Positions 1-8,781 of a DNA stretch of 64,000 bases are shown piece after piece. Location: positions 13,417 to 77,416 of the forward strand of contig JABDCA010000001.1 of NCBI GenBank assembly GCA_013288345.1, read 5' to 3'. This stretch comes from Bacteroidota bacterium. GTDB taxonomy: Bacteria > Bacteroidota > Bacteroidia > JABEUT01. The stretch's first letter is position 1. Each line of letters starts with the position of its first letter. The notes beneath the pieces are model-generated. The model did not search any database. It saw only the letters and a program-made list of their open reading frames with translations, and was not told where the DNA came from. The position numbers and the translations under genes are program-made.

Positions 1-1191
1 TCTATCCCATTTTGGTTCTATCTCACTAATCGAGGCGATTAACGAGAGGCCTATTCCTGCAATTCCCTCAAGCAGTCCAAATGAATCTTCTAACCTCTCA
101 TTACCACCATTTTCATCTCTTCTTGTTATTTTAAAATGCTTATTCACCCTGTAAAATTGAATTGTTTCCATATACCAATATATTGCAGCTTCTTTAAACT
201 CATACTTACCTGTGTAATTATATAATCTATTAAAAATATGCGCATTCCCTGCTGTTCCGTGACATAAACAAGCATCTTGGATTCCTGAATCCTTAATTTT
301 CCTTTGGGATACATTTATTGCAATTTTTATTGCTTCTTCTCTCCATGAAATATTATTTGTTACTAAACTTGCTTCAAATAAAGAGAGAACAATTCCTAAA
401 TCACCATAACACCACGACACTCTACTATAATACGGTGGATTACTTGGATAAAATGTTGGGAAATAAGAAGTTGTGCTCTTTTTATCAAATTTATTAAGTA
501 TCCAATTTATACATCCACTCATTAAATTCTCCACAGTTATAGAATCTATATTGTTTTCAAGAGCTTTACTTAAAAGTATAATAATACTGGGCATACCGTG
601 TGATAATCCAAGGTTATATCTTTTTATATTCTTCTCAATAAAATAAGACCCTTCAAACCATGCAATTTTATCAAAATCTCTCTCTGCTATATTCTCTAGA
701 AGTACAATCATTTCCTGTATAAAGGCTTTAGACTGTTCATTCTCTATATCTTCCAAGAAGAAAGGTAATGGGCTTAGACCTCCATGTAAATAGTCATAAT
801 TATTTTGAATTAAATCAACTTTGGCAGATTCCATAAGGAATTTCCTTACATCATTACCAATAATATCGCCATCAGATTTAATAGCTCCAGTTTTCATAAG
901 ATGCCTGTATGCCCATAAAACACCAGATATTCCTCCCGATAAATTATATGACATCGGAGTAGTTGTGATACAATCTAAAGAAGAGTTTATTAAACCATTT
1001 GAATAATATCGATATTTTATATTTGAATCATGCAAGTACAAATACTCCCAAAAAAAACTTATACCGGCTGCGCCAACCAATAGCCCTATACCATCAGGGG
1101 AGATTGCATACAAAGATTCAGAAATAATATCAATAGTTTGTAGAATTGAATTTCTTAAATCCGAATCCTCGATTAATGGACTCCATTTCAT
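1..1191 (-). CDS. lanC: Lanthionine synthetase C (class I lanthipeptide cyclase), 3' end cut by the window edge
   Basis: Not in the ORF track; translated by hand from ATG at 1191 (MKWSPLIEDSDLRNS...). Contains YNLGLSHGMPS, RVSWCYGDLG, DACLCHGTAGNAH (Zn ligands Cys/Cys/His) and C-terminal FGLLEGIAGIGLSL...EPKWDR. Confidence 0.93.
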   Translation of the reverse strand, partial: MKWSPLIEDSDLRNSILQTIDIISESLYAISPDGIGLLVGAAGISFFWEYLYLHDSNIKYRYYSNGLINSSLDCITTTPMSYNLSGGISGVLWAYRHLMKTGAIKSDGDIIGNDVRKFLMESAKVDLIQNNYDYLHGGLSPLPFFLEDIENEQSKAFIQEMIVLLENIAERDFDKIAWFEGSYFIEKNIKRYNLGLSHGMPSIIILLSKALENNIDSITVENLMSGCINWILNKFDKKSTTSYFPTFYPSNPPYYSRVSWCYGDLGIVLSLFEASLVTNNISWREEAIKIAINVSQRKIKDSGIQDACLCHGTAGNAHIFNRLYNYTGKYEFKEAAIYWYMETIQFYRVNKHFKITRRDENGGNERLEDSFGLLEGIAGIGLSLIASISEIEPKWDR

Positions 1192-1222
1192 ACACTATTG
1201 TTTTATCAAACTTCCATAAGAA

Positions 1223-2314
1223 TCAACATGGACAAGGGCAACGCGAAAGGCCAATATCAGATAGAGGAAAATTACCTTGTGGAGGGTTCGTGACATGACA
1301 GGCAGTTCCAGCTTGCGTCATTTGACAGGTATGACAAATAGTAGCTGCACAGGTCTGACAGGTCTGACAGGTATTATAACAGGTTAGACAAGTAAGTGTT
1401 TGTGGGTGACATTGGTCTGTTGCCACACAATCCGTAATATTTGCGCAGTGTCGCCCTGGTGCAGAAGTATTCGCACCACCGCCACCACAAGCATGATTTG
1501 CCATAGTCAAGACGCAACCATGTACAGAACAAGGATTCGTAATACTATTGACTGAATAATTAAGTGAAGATACAGTTTCAATATTTAGTGCCAACTTGGA
1601 TTTGCGTTTTCTTGGCTGCCAATCAAATAATGCTCTCCCGAATGTCGATATATATATTCCTATAACAACACTTACCATTATACCATACTGGTCTTGCAGA
1701 GACCTGTTTTCCTTTGTTTTAATTGAAATCGTATCCATACCGAGAACAGCTCCATTAATACACGATATCAACCAGCAAGACATATCATAACCATCACTCT
1801 TAGCAAGTGGAAAGTCTTGCCAACAAGAATGTTTGGAGGAAAATTCATTGAGCCAATAACCAGTAGAAATTTTTACTACTTCAAGCAAAAGTTTTATTCT
1901 AGATTTTTCAGTATCATCTATATTTGATTTTTCGGCAAGTTTATTTAAAGAATTAGTCCAATATGTTACAATATCTGTTTCTATAAAATCATCATATCGT
2001 ATTTCAAATCTTTTGTCATTTAAGGAAATGAAAGGATTATTTATTGAAACTGCTGTAGAAGTATATAGGTTTATTGTATTATATATTAATGAACGTGTTT
2101 GAATTTCGTCTATAAGTATATTTTTTTGACTATACGTTACGATAATGAAATCAACAATAGCACTAACAAAATCATCATTATCTGAAGTGTTGTTTAATTT
2201 TTCTGATAGGAACTTAAAGCCATTTTCTAATAATATTTTTACGTCATAAGAATCATTTAATCCAAAATGTCTTTCAGAATGATCATTGGGGCTTAAAAAG
2301 GTATTTTCCAACAT
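1223..2314 (-). CDS. Putative very large lanthipeptide precursor: about 235-aa N-terminal domain, leader-like motif, Cys/Thr-rich core
   Basis: KSKLALNIETVSSLN resembles the Bacteroidota class I leader motif LxLxKx5L (K replaced by I). The following 111 aa hold 17 Cys by my count, with TC repeats (LTCLTCYNTCQTCQTC). It ends 31 bp upstream of lanC. Confidence 0.68.
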   Translation of the reverse strand: MLENTFLSPNDHSERHFGLNDSYDVKILLENGFKFLSEKLNNTSDNDDFVSAIVDFIIVTYSQKNILIDEIQTRSLIYNTINLYTSTAVSINNPFISLNDKRFEIRYDDFIETDIVTYWTNSLNKLAEKSNIDDTEKSRIKLLLEVVKISTGYWLNEFSSKHSCWQDFPLAKSDGYDMSCWLISCINGAVLGMDTISIKTKENRSLQDQYGIMVSVVIGIYISTFGRALFDWQPRKRKSKLALNIETVSSLNYSVNSITNPCSVHGCVLTMANHACGGGGANTSAPGRHCANITDCVATDQCHPQTLTCLTCYNTCQTCQTCAATICHTCQMTQAGTACHVTNPPQGNFPLSDIGLSRCPCPC

Positions 2315-2361
2315 AAATTTATTTAATATTACCTCTAATTTATAAAAATAAATATTCCATT

Positions 2362-3288
2362 TTACACATAAAATCTTGATTGCATTGCGAATGTCTGAAA
2401 GATATTATATATAAGTAAGGCACCTGCTGCACTCGAAGCACTACATATATATGCCATCGCATAGGTATTACTAGAGAAAGCTGTAAACGTCCCATTATCA
2501 TTAACAGCCATGATAGGTATATTTAAATTTGGAATACTACTTGAATTGGCTGAATACGTTGTGATAAGATTTCCATTCCGATATAAAGCTGTTGTGCTAG
2601 AGTTAATTCTTGTAGCTGAGAATAGACCAGTTACTGGAGATTGTGAAGTACTTAAAACAAGAGAACTCTGTGTAGAATCATTTATATTCCAAGCGTAGTA
2701 ATACTTACCTAAACCAGGAGACCAAACAGGGGTACATAATCTTATATAATTTGAGGGCGATGTTCCTATGTAACCACCCATTGGTGTTGCATATATATCA
2801 GATTCTGTTCCAATAAGATATACCCCCAAACTACCTGAATTAAGTTTGTAACTTACTGCATCGCTTGTTGATGGATTGTAATTACTTAGTAAGTAGGAGC
2901 TTGATCCATTTCCTGTATAACCTCTTAGCCTTGCCCAAGAAGGGCTACTTTGTTCAGTTATATTGCTTGGCCAAGTTGAATTTATTCCCTTAGGGTTTAC
3001 TATGCTTACACGTGCATGTGCTTGTTGTTCGGTTGCAAAAATCCAAAATCTATCCAAAAAGGGCCAAATTCCTGTCGACTTAAATTGCTTTATCAAATAA
3101 TCAACTGAAAGTAAGTAAGTCATTGACGGTTTTGGTAATGTAAGCTGGTTATACCAAGCCATAGTTTCTTGTTGGAAATTATATGAGTTATTACTATACA
3201 GTCCTTTATTAACTCCATAATATGTTCCTTCATTTAGCCCTGAACCTAAACCCTTGAAATTCCCATTAAATAAACCTTTTTCTGGCAT
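2362..3288 (-). CDS. Phage-virion-like protein with a probable LamG/concanavalin-like C-terminal domain
   Basis: YLIKQFKSTGIWPFLDRFWIFA resembles a segment I recall from phage structural or adhesin proteins. The C-terminus is S/T/N/G-rich and beta-strand-like (ATRINSSTTALYRNG). Confidence 0.5.
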   Translation of the reverse strand: MPEKGLFNGNFKGLGSGLNEGTYYGVNKGLYSNNSYNFQQETMAWYNQLTLPKPSMTYLLSVDYLIKQFKSTGIWPFLDRFWIFATEQQAHARVSIVNPKGINSTWPSNITEQSSPSWARLRGYTGNGSSSYLLSNYNPSTSDAVSYKLNSGSLGVYLIGTESDIYATPMGGYIGTSPSNYIRLCTPVWSPGLGKYYYAWNINDSTQSSLVLSTSQSPVTGLFSATRINSSTTALYRNGNLITTYSANSSSIPNLNIPIMAVNDNGTFTAFSSNTYAMAYICSASSAAGALLIYNIFQTFAMQSRFYV

Positions 3289-3299
3289 AATATTTATTT

Positions 3300-3743
3300 T
3301 TAATAATCACTTCCGATTGTATTGGTGTATAACGTTTGTGTAAGATCTATTGTGGAAGCGCAAGATATTTTTAATACGGACCCTGGCGCAAGTTCAACGT
3401 ATGGCTTACCGGTCATATCTAGTGGCAAACCCACACAATGTGCAACACTTAATGCATCAAAAGCCGCACTACCATTCCCAACTCCTGCCGAAGGAATAGT
3501 AACATGCCCTATTGGGTAAACATTCCCTGAATTTACGATATACAGAAAAAAACTTAAACTAACTGTAGTTGTATATGATAGTAAGGCACTATATACACGG
3601 CTTCCATTAGTGCCTGCCGTATATATTGCAACTCCTCCAGAGTCAACACCAAGGGTACCAGCCCCATTGGCATTGGTTAATGTTCCAACATTGACAGTAG
3701 GATTATTTGCGTATATAGGTAGATTGTTTCCTTGTAAACTCAT
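3300..3743 (-). CDS. Small phage-structural-like protein, paralog of 3766-4206
   Basis: Shares MSLQGNNxPxxAxNP, YTAGxNGSRVY, FLYI, PIG, DALS, GLPxDxTGKPYVELA and GxDY with its neighbour. No signal peptide. Confidence 0.55.
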   Translation of the reverse strand: MSLQGNNLPIYANNPTVNVGTLTNANGAGTLGVDSGGVAIYTAGTNGSRVYSALLSYTTTVSLSFFLYIVNSGNVYPIGHVTIPSAGVGNGSAAFDALSVAHCVGLPLDMTGKPYVELAPGSVLKISCASTIDLTQTLYTNTIGSDY

Positions 3744-3765
3744 ATTCTTCTTAGTTTAAGAAATA

Positions 3766-4206
3766 TCAATAATCAGCCCCCATTGAAGAACCAAAAATAG
3801 ATTTGGCAGCTGTAACATTAGCAAATGCAGCCATTTTTAATGTACATCCAGTCGCTAATTCTACATAAGGTTTTCCAGTACCATCAAATGGCAAACCAGG
3901 GCAATTTGCAGGACTAAGTGCATCTACGCATGGAGTATTTGCTAAGTCTCCAGCGGTTGCGGGCACAGCTATAAAACCTATTGGGAATGCTGTTGAGCCA
4001 TTATATATATATAAGAACACACTATTAGCTACATCGTTTGTAGATAAGAATAGTCCATATACTCTACTCCCATTAGAGCCAGCTGTATAAAGAGTTACGC
4101 CATTTGTATTTGAACCAAGTGAACCCGCTGTTGCAGCAGCAAGTGTACCTCCAGAATTTTGTGGGTTTGTTGCAAAGACTGGAATGTTATTTCCTTGTAA
4201 ACTCAT
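3766..4206 (-). CDS. Small phage-structural-like protein, paralog of 3300-3743
   Basis: Tandem paralog; first gene after the repeat-containing promoter. Confidence 0.55.
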   Translation of the reverse strand: MSLQGNNIPVFATNPQNSGGTLAAATAGSLGSNTNGVTLYTAGSNGSRVYGLFLSTNDVANSVFLYIYNGSTAFPIGFIAVPATAGDLANTPCVDALSPANCPGLPFDGTGKPYVELATGCTLKMAAFANVTAAKSIFGSSMGADY

Positions 4207-4244
4207 AGTAATTAGAAATTTAAAAGTTTATTATTAATTTTCAA

Positions 4245-4331
4245 CAAACATACTATATGCGTCACCGATTTTTTTTAATGCCGTACTATGTTACATTTTC
4301 ACAGTACTATTGTTATAGAATATCGTACTAA
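4245..4331 (-). promoter_or_regulatory. Bacteroidota -7 promoter element with three direct repeats at 21-bp period (LytTR-type boxes)
   Basis: TATGTTTG (TAnnTTTG) at 4252-4245 on the minus strand. GTACTA on the plus strand at 4283, 4304 and 4325. No TTTG -33 element at the expected position. Confidence 0.6.
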
Positions 4332-5119
4332 GTTGCACCCTTAACAGAAATTCGTGAAAGGAAATCTTTTCTAAACCATCTGTTTAATGTAACCTGCTTT
4401 AACTTATTGCTATCAAGTAAGCCTTTAAGTGTAATTACATCATACTCTATTTTAGAAACAGCGTCTATGGAGATTAACTCCGATTTATTTATCCTCAATA
4501 GATTAGAAGAAAGCGAAAGAAGTCTTTCAAACGAGCAATTCATTAGAATGTATTTCTCTCCATTATTTAAAATTATTCGCTTATGCCTATGATCAGAGTC
4601 ATCTGTTCTTACAAACAAAATACTTGATAATTGTATTTTTACTTTCCCTCTTTCTCCTGCTACATAGAACAATTCAAAATCATGTATTTTACCCTGTACA
4701 ATATTCTCAATATGCACTTTATGTGCAATACTTATTAGATTATCCAACTTTTCTTTTGTCACAGGCTTAGCAATTATTGTTAATGGGCAAAGGTCAAAAG
4801 CCTCCTTCAAATGTTCGAATGTATTCGTGACTATGACAATTTTCTTGTTCCCGATTTTAGCAACTGATTGAAAACCTGTTTCCTCAAAGAGACTTAGGTC
4901 TAAAAGGCAAAGATCAAATTGAAGTTGTGGTAAGGCTTGGAGAAATTTATTTGGTGAATTAAAACTCCCTAATACTTCTGCTAAAGAAGAGTCACGAAGA
5001 AAATCATACATGGCTTCGCAGTAATACGAATCATTATCAATTAATACACATTTTAGTTTTCGAGTGGTCAATGTATTTACAGGATTGTAATCAACTCTTA
5101 TGTCATATATAAGAATCAA
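4328..5119 (-). CDS. LytTR-family response regulator (start uncertain: TTG at 5119 or 5071)
   Basis: Receiver motifs CVLIDND, DLCLLD, IVIVT and IIAKP; LytTR motifs SSILFVRTD and LLRINKSELISID. Confidence 0.85.
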   Translation of the reverse strand: MILIYDIRVDYNPVNTLTTRKLKCVLIDNDSYYCEAMYDFLRDSSLAEVLGSFNSPNKFLQALPQLQFDLCLLDLSLFEETGFQSVAKIGNKKIVIVTNTFEHLKEAFDLCPLTIIAKPVTKEKLDNLISIAHKVHIENIVQGKIHDFELFYVAGERGKVKIQLSSILFVRTDDSDHRHKRIILNNGEKYILMNCSFERLLSLSSNLLRINKSELISIDAVSKIEYDVITLKGLLDSNKLKQVTLNRWFRKDFLSRISVKGAT

Positions 5120-5366
5120 TTCTTGTTGGTCACCAATGCCTTAATGGGTAATTTATTTTGTTCACCCTTTTACACTCATCCTGTAATGAGATACGCTAAA
5201 AGTATATGTATTTCTTAAATTGACAACAAAAAGAAAAATTAATTTAAAGTTAAATGCAACTTGGTACATCAGATAAGCAACATAGTGCGCTGTGAAGGCA
5301 ACATAGTACGTGTATAAATTGAATAAAGTGGAAAAGCCATAATCTTGTTCCATTAAAAATATAATT

Positions 5367-5705
5367 ATGGCAATATTAACATATTATGCAGTAAGTGCTG
5401 TTGTGTTTTCTAATGCAACTAAACATCATCATTCAATTTCTCACATATTTGTTCATGGCGTTTATGATAACGGAATGGATGCCCCTGGACGCCTTTTTAC
5501 ACGGGTCGAAGCTCTTGATAAAATGAAAACCGTACCATTTTTTACTATAATGTGGAATTATACTGAACCTGCCAAATGGCAAAAAGGAGCTCAAATAATT
5601 CCTGATGAAGTTAATGGAATAACCTATCTCAGAACAAAACCCGATAATACCACAAGAGATAATCTTAAAGATTTAATTGAATATAGGTATTTTGTTAATG
5701 TTTAG
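5367..5705 (+). CDS. DUF3892-like protein
   Basis: C-terminal VNGITYLRTKPDNTTRDNLKDL matches the motif I recall for DUF3892. Confidence 0.65.
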   Translation: MAILTYYAVSAVVFSNATKHHHSISHIFVHGVYDNGMDAPGRLFTRVEALDKMKTVPFFTIMWNYTEPAKWQKGAQIIPDEVNGITYLRTKPDNTTRDNLKDLIEYRYFVNV

Positions 5706-5950
5706 TCGACTCCTTCTGAAGGGACCCCAGAAACAATTTCAGTCCCAGGCATTATGTTTTCAATAAATGTATACCAGACAACCCTAAATCTCCATATCTG
5801 TATTGTTTTGCAAGCGTAAATAGTCTTGGGACTATCTATATCTTTTTTAGTGTAACGCATTTTGATTTTTAATATAAATAGATTGGAAAACTGAATTCCA
5901 AAAATAATTATTAGACAAAGGAAAACAAACAATAAAACAAATAATAAAAT

Positions 5951-6994
5951 ATGAAAATTAAATACCTTATTACCTCATTTTTATTTCTAACGATTATTTC
6001 AGCCTTCGGTCAAACAAATAACACACCTGCGCCAAGTAAACCAGACCCTAAACAAGCTCAAAACCTAGCTGCACCAAACAAGCCGGCAGATCCCAAACAA
6101 GCTAATCAAAATCTACCGAAAGACACTCCTAAGCATTACTATGCTGCTAAAGCTCCATTTACACTGGCAGCAATCTTATATAGTAATTTAACGAGTTCTC
6201 AAGATAATGATCCAAGTGGATTTACTCAGACATACTTGGGTATAACTATTCCCGGAAAAGGCAAAGATTCAGGCGTCATGGTAGACTCAACATCGACAAA
6301 TGATTTAATAATTTTGAGACGAAATACATACATACAACTTTTATATAATGGTTCCTCAAATAACAACTTTGTTGACAATATTTCATCATCAGGTACTCAT
6401 GCTAATGAATTAGATATGCTCCAATATGCATATATCAATGCAAAGGTTTATTATAATATAATTACTTTTGTTAGGAGGAAACAAACTAAAGAATACTATC
6501 ATGCATATGGTGATATATTACTGGGTGGACTTCTCACAAAAGATACCATTAAAAACGTAACTAATAATATAGTTCCTTCGGCTATATACGGTATACATAT
6601 TGGAGTCAAAACTGAAAGTGGGATTAGTAGTGATTGGATATTCGAGGGTGGGCTCTCACTATTTCATTTAAGCACTATTACAAATGATTTTGATGCAGAT
6701 TTAAGTCCGCAGTACAGTAAGATATACGATACATCATTCACTCAAAACAAGAATAATAAATCATTGTTATATAATAAAAACCACATTTTTGCTAATTTTG
6801 AAGGCACTGCTACTTATACTACAACAATTGGTGGTAAAGTTACAGCACAGGAATTCTTTAGAGTAAGCATATACAGCAACCTACTTACCCCTAAATCTGC
6901 ATATAGCAATTTCTATATCCAGCTTCAATTAGGAACTTCAGTTCTAATTTCTGATTTATTCCCAACAAAAAAAGCCACTACAACTCCTAAATAA
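5951..6994 (+). CDS. Secreted hypothetical protein with a Pro/Lys/Gln-rich duplicated linker
   Basis: Signal peptide MKIKYLITSFLFLTIISAFG; linker PSKPDPKQAQNL / PNKPADPKQANQNL; the remainder has alternating beta-strand character. Confidence 0.6.
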   Translation: MKIKYLITSFLFLTIISAFGQTNNTPAPSKPDPKQAQNLAAPNKPADPKQANQNLPKDTPKHYYAAKAPFTLAAILYSNLTSSQDNDPSGFTQTYLGITIPGKGKDSGVMVDSTSTNDLIILRRNTYIQLLYNGSSNNNFVDNISSSGTHANELDMLQYAYINAKVYYNIITFVRRKQTKEYYHAYGDILLGGLLTKDTIKNVTNNIVPSAIYGIHIGVKTESGISSDWIFEGGLSLFHLSTITNDFDADLSPQYSKIYDTSFTQNKNNKSLLYNKNHIFANFEGTATYTTTIGGKVTAQEFFRVSIYSNLLTPKSAYSNFYIQLQLGTSVLISDLFPTKKATTTPK

Positions 6995-7046
6995 AACCGT
7001 TTTAAGGTTCTTTAGTAATGATTGGGATCACATATTATCAAGAATA

Positions 7047-7250
7047 CTAATTTATCTTTTCTGGAATTTCAGAGTTTGGCCTGTTGAGTTTTATCGTCAA
7101 CTGTAGTTTTTCGTCTTGAAGAGATTTGATTTTAGCGGCATTATCAATAGCTACTTTAGATTCCAGTAGTGGCTTAGTTAGAGCTTCATCCATTTCAAAT
7201 GATTCCAGGCTTTCACGAATTATTTTCCTAACGATTTCAAAATTTTCCAT
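7047..7250 (-). CDS. Small helical hypothetical protein
   Basis: ATG with an AT-rich leader and coiled-coil-like composition; divergent from the methylase. Confidence 0.4.
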   Translation of the reverse strand: MENFEIVRKIIRESLESFEMDEALTKPLLESKVAIDNAAKIKSLQDEKLQLTIKLNRPNSEIPEKIN

Positions 7251-7321
7251 AATTATAGGTTTTATATAAATAGTAGATTTTTTTTAATTCTGCAATCGAT
7301 TCTTCATTTTTAACACTATGT

Positions 7322-7351
7322 TTTGAAAATCAAAAACTTCTATTATATTTG
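7322..7351 (+). promoter_or_regulatory. Bacteroidota primary-sigma promoter of the methylase operon
   Basis: TTTG at 7322-7325 and TATATTTG at 7344-7351, 18-nt spacer. Confidence 0.5.
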
Positions 7352-7500
7352 TAATAAGTACATTTGTCGACCATACAGGGGGTAGGCAATAAATTATATT
7401 AATTATTGCTAACTACTTATTCTGCCCCCTTTGCAAAAAATAGAAAATTTATAAGTATTTGTTATTATAAAATATTATCTTATATTTATAAGAAAAAAGT

Positions 7501-8781
7501 ATGTTGATTGAGAGTAATATAGCTGAATTAGACGTCAATAGCCTGAAAGAAACTATTGAGTGGAATAATCCCTTGACCAAAGAGCTTGGGATGCATAAAA
7601 TACATCTGTATCCTGCCAAGTTCCCATCTTTTCTTATTTCCAAATCTTTAGAATACGCCGATAAGAATAATATTAAAATTAATACAATCGGAGATATATT
7701 CTGCGGCTGTGGAACGACTGCTTTAGAAGCAAAAAGAAATCAAAAGAATTTTTGGGGATGTGATATTAATCCGGTGGCCACGCTTATTGCAAAAGTTAAA
7801 AGCGAGAAATATGATTGTTCTGAGCTCGAAACCCATTACAATAAAATTATTGAACGATATGAAAAGTTAAATTATAAGACTCCAAAAAAAATACTAGAAA
7901 AAGAACGTATTGTTTATTGGTTTAAGCTTTCACAGATAGATAATCTATATAAACTATTACGAATTATTAAGAAAGAAGTTCCAAATGGAATATATCAAGA
8001 TTTCTTTCTCGTTGCTTTTTCTAATATACTAAAAGGTGCTTCTAGATGGTTGACCAAATCTATTAAGCCCACTATTGACAAGAATAAAGAAATACGTGAT
8101 GTTAAAAAATTATTTGACAAGCAATTTGCTTTAATGTTAAAAGCGGTTAAAGAAACTAATGGTATTGTGAAAAGTACTACCACCACCACTACTACTATAG
8201 TTAACAAAAATTTCTTAGAAGTGCCGGTTGATAAACCTTTTTTGGATATGCTAATGACAAGTCCTCCGTACGTAACTTCTTATGAATATGCGGATTTACA
8301 TCAACTGTCGACATTGTGGCTTGGCTTTGCAAATGATTTCAGGTCACTCAGAAAAGGGACTATTGGAAGCGTTTATCATAAATCAATAAAGGATGAAGAT
8401 ATCCAAAAGCTAAATGAAGTTGGGTTAAACATCTATGAACAGCTCGTGAAGGCAAAGAAATCAAAGGCCAAATCTGCAGCAAAGTATTTTATTGATATGA
8501 AAAATACAGTAGATAAGACATATTTGATGATTAAGCCTGGTGGCTTGGCAATTTTTGTGATTGGGAACACTAAACATAAAGGTGTTTATATTGACAATGC
8601 AAAATTTATGATAAAATGCATGACGGACAAAGGTTTCACTAATATTGATGTATATAAACGTAGAATTAGCTCCAAGATGTTAGCATCCTATCGAGATAAA
8701 ACGGGAAAATTCTCAAGTGACAAGCGTCATAGAGAAGTTTATAGTTATGAGTTTATAGTAATCGGAAAAAAGATATCATAG
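7501..8781 (+). CDS. DNA amino-methyltransferase (probably N4-cytosine)
   Basis: HKIHLYPAKFP, DIFCGCGTTALEA (motif I), GCDINP and catalytic TSPPY (motif IV). SPPY is typical of m4C enzymes. Confidence 0.88.
   Translation: MLIESNIAELDVNSLKETIEWNNPLTKELGMHKIHLYPAKFPSFLISKSLEYADKNNIKINTIGDIFCGCGTTALEAKRNQKNFWGCDINPVATLIAKVKSEKYDCSELETHYNKIIERYEKLNYKTPKKILEKERIVYWFKLSQIDNLYKLLRIIKKEVPNGIYQDFFLVAFSNILKGASRWLTKSIKPTIDKNKEIRDVKKLFDKQFALMLKAVKETNGIVKSTTTTTTTIVNKNFLEVPVDKPFLDMLMTSPPYVTSYEYADLHQLSTLWLGFANDFRSLRKGTIGSVYHKSIKDEDIQKLNEVGLNIYEQLVKAKKSKAKSAAKYFIDMKNTVDKTYLMIKPGGLAIFVIGNTKHKGVYIDNAKFMIKCMTDKGFTNIDVYKRRISSKMLASYRDKTGKFSSDKRHREVYSYEFIVIGKKIS

Noticed and set aside
1050-1057. A8 homopolymer within lanC as a contingency locus
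   Set aside because: The frame is intact, and 8-mers of A/T are expected in DNA this AT-rich.
1223-2314. The Cys-rich tail as a ranthipeptide (radical SAM) or metallothionein substrate
   Set aside because: No radical SAM gene is in the window, while LanC is adjacent and the leader motif fits class I lanthipeptides. Kept only as a fallback explanation.
2362-7250. An intact prophage
   Set aside because: No terminase, portal, capsid, tape-measure, lysis or integrase genes were recognised in the window.
8176-8196. (ACN)7 run giving TTTTTTT in the methylase as a phase-variation switch
   Set aside because: It is a mixed-codon trinucleotide run; slippage would keep the frame, so there is no on/off switch.
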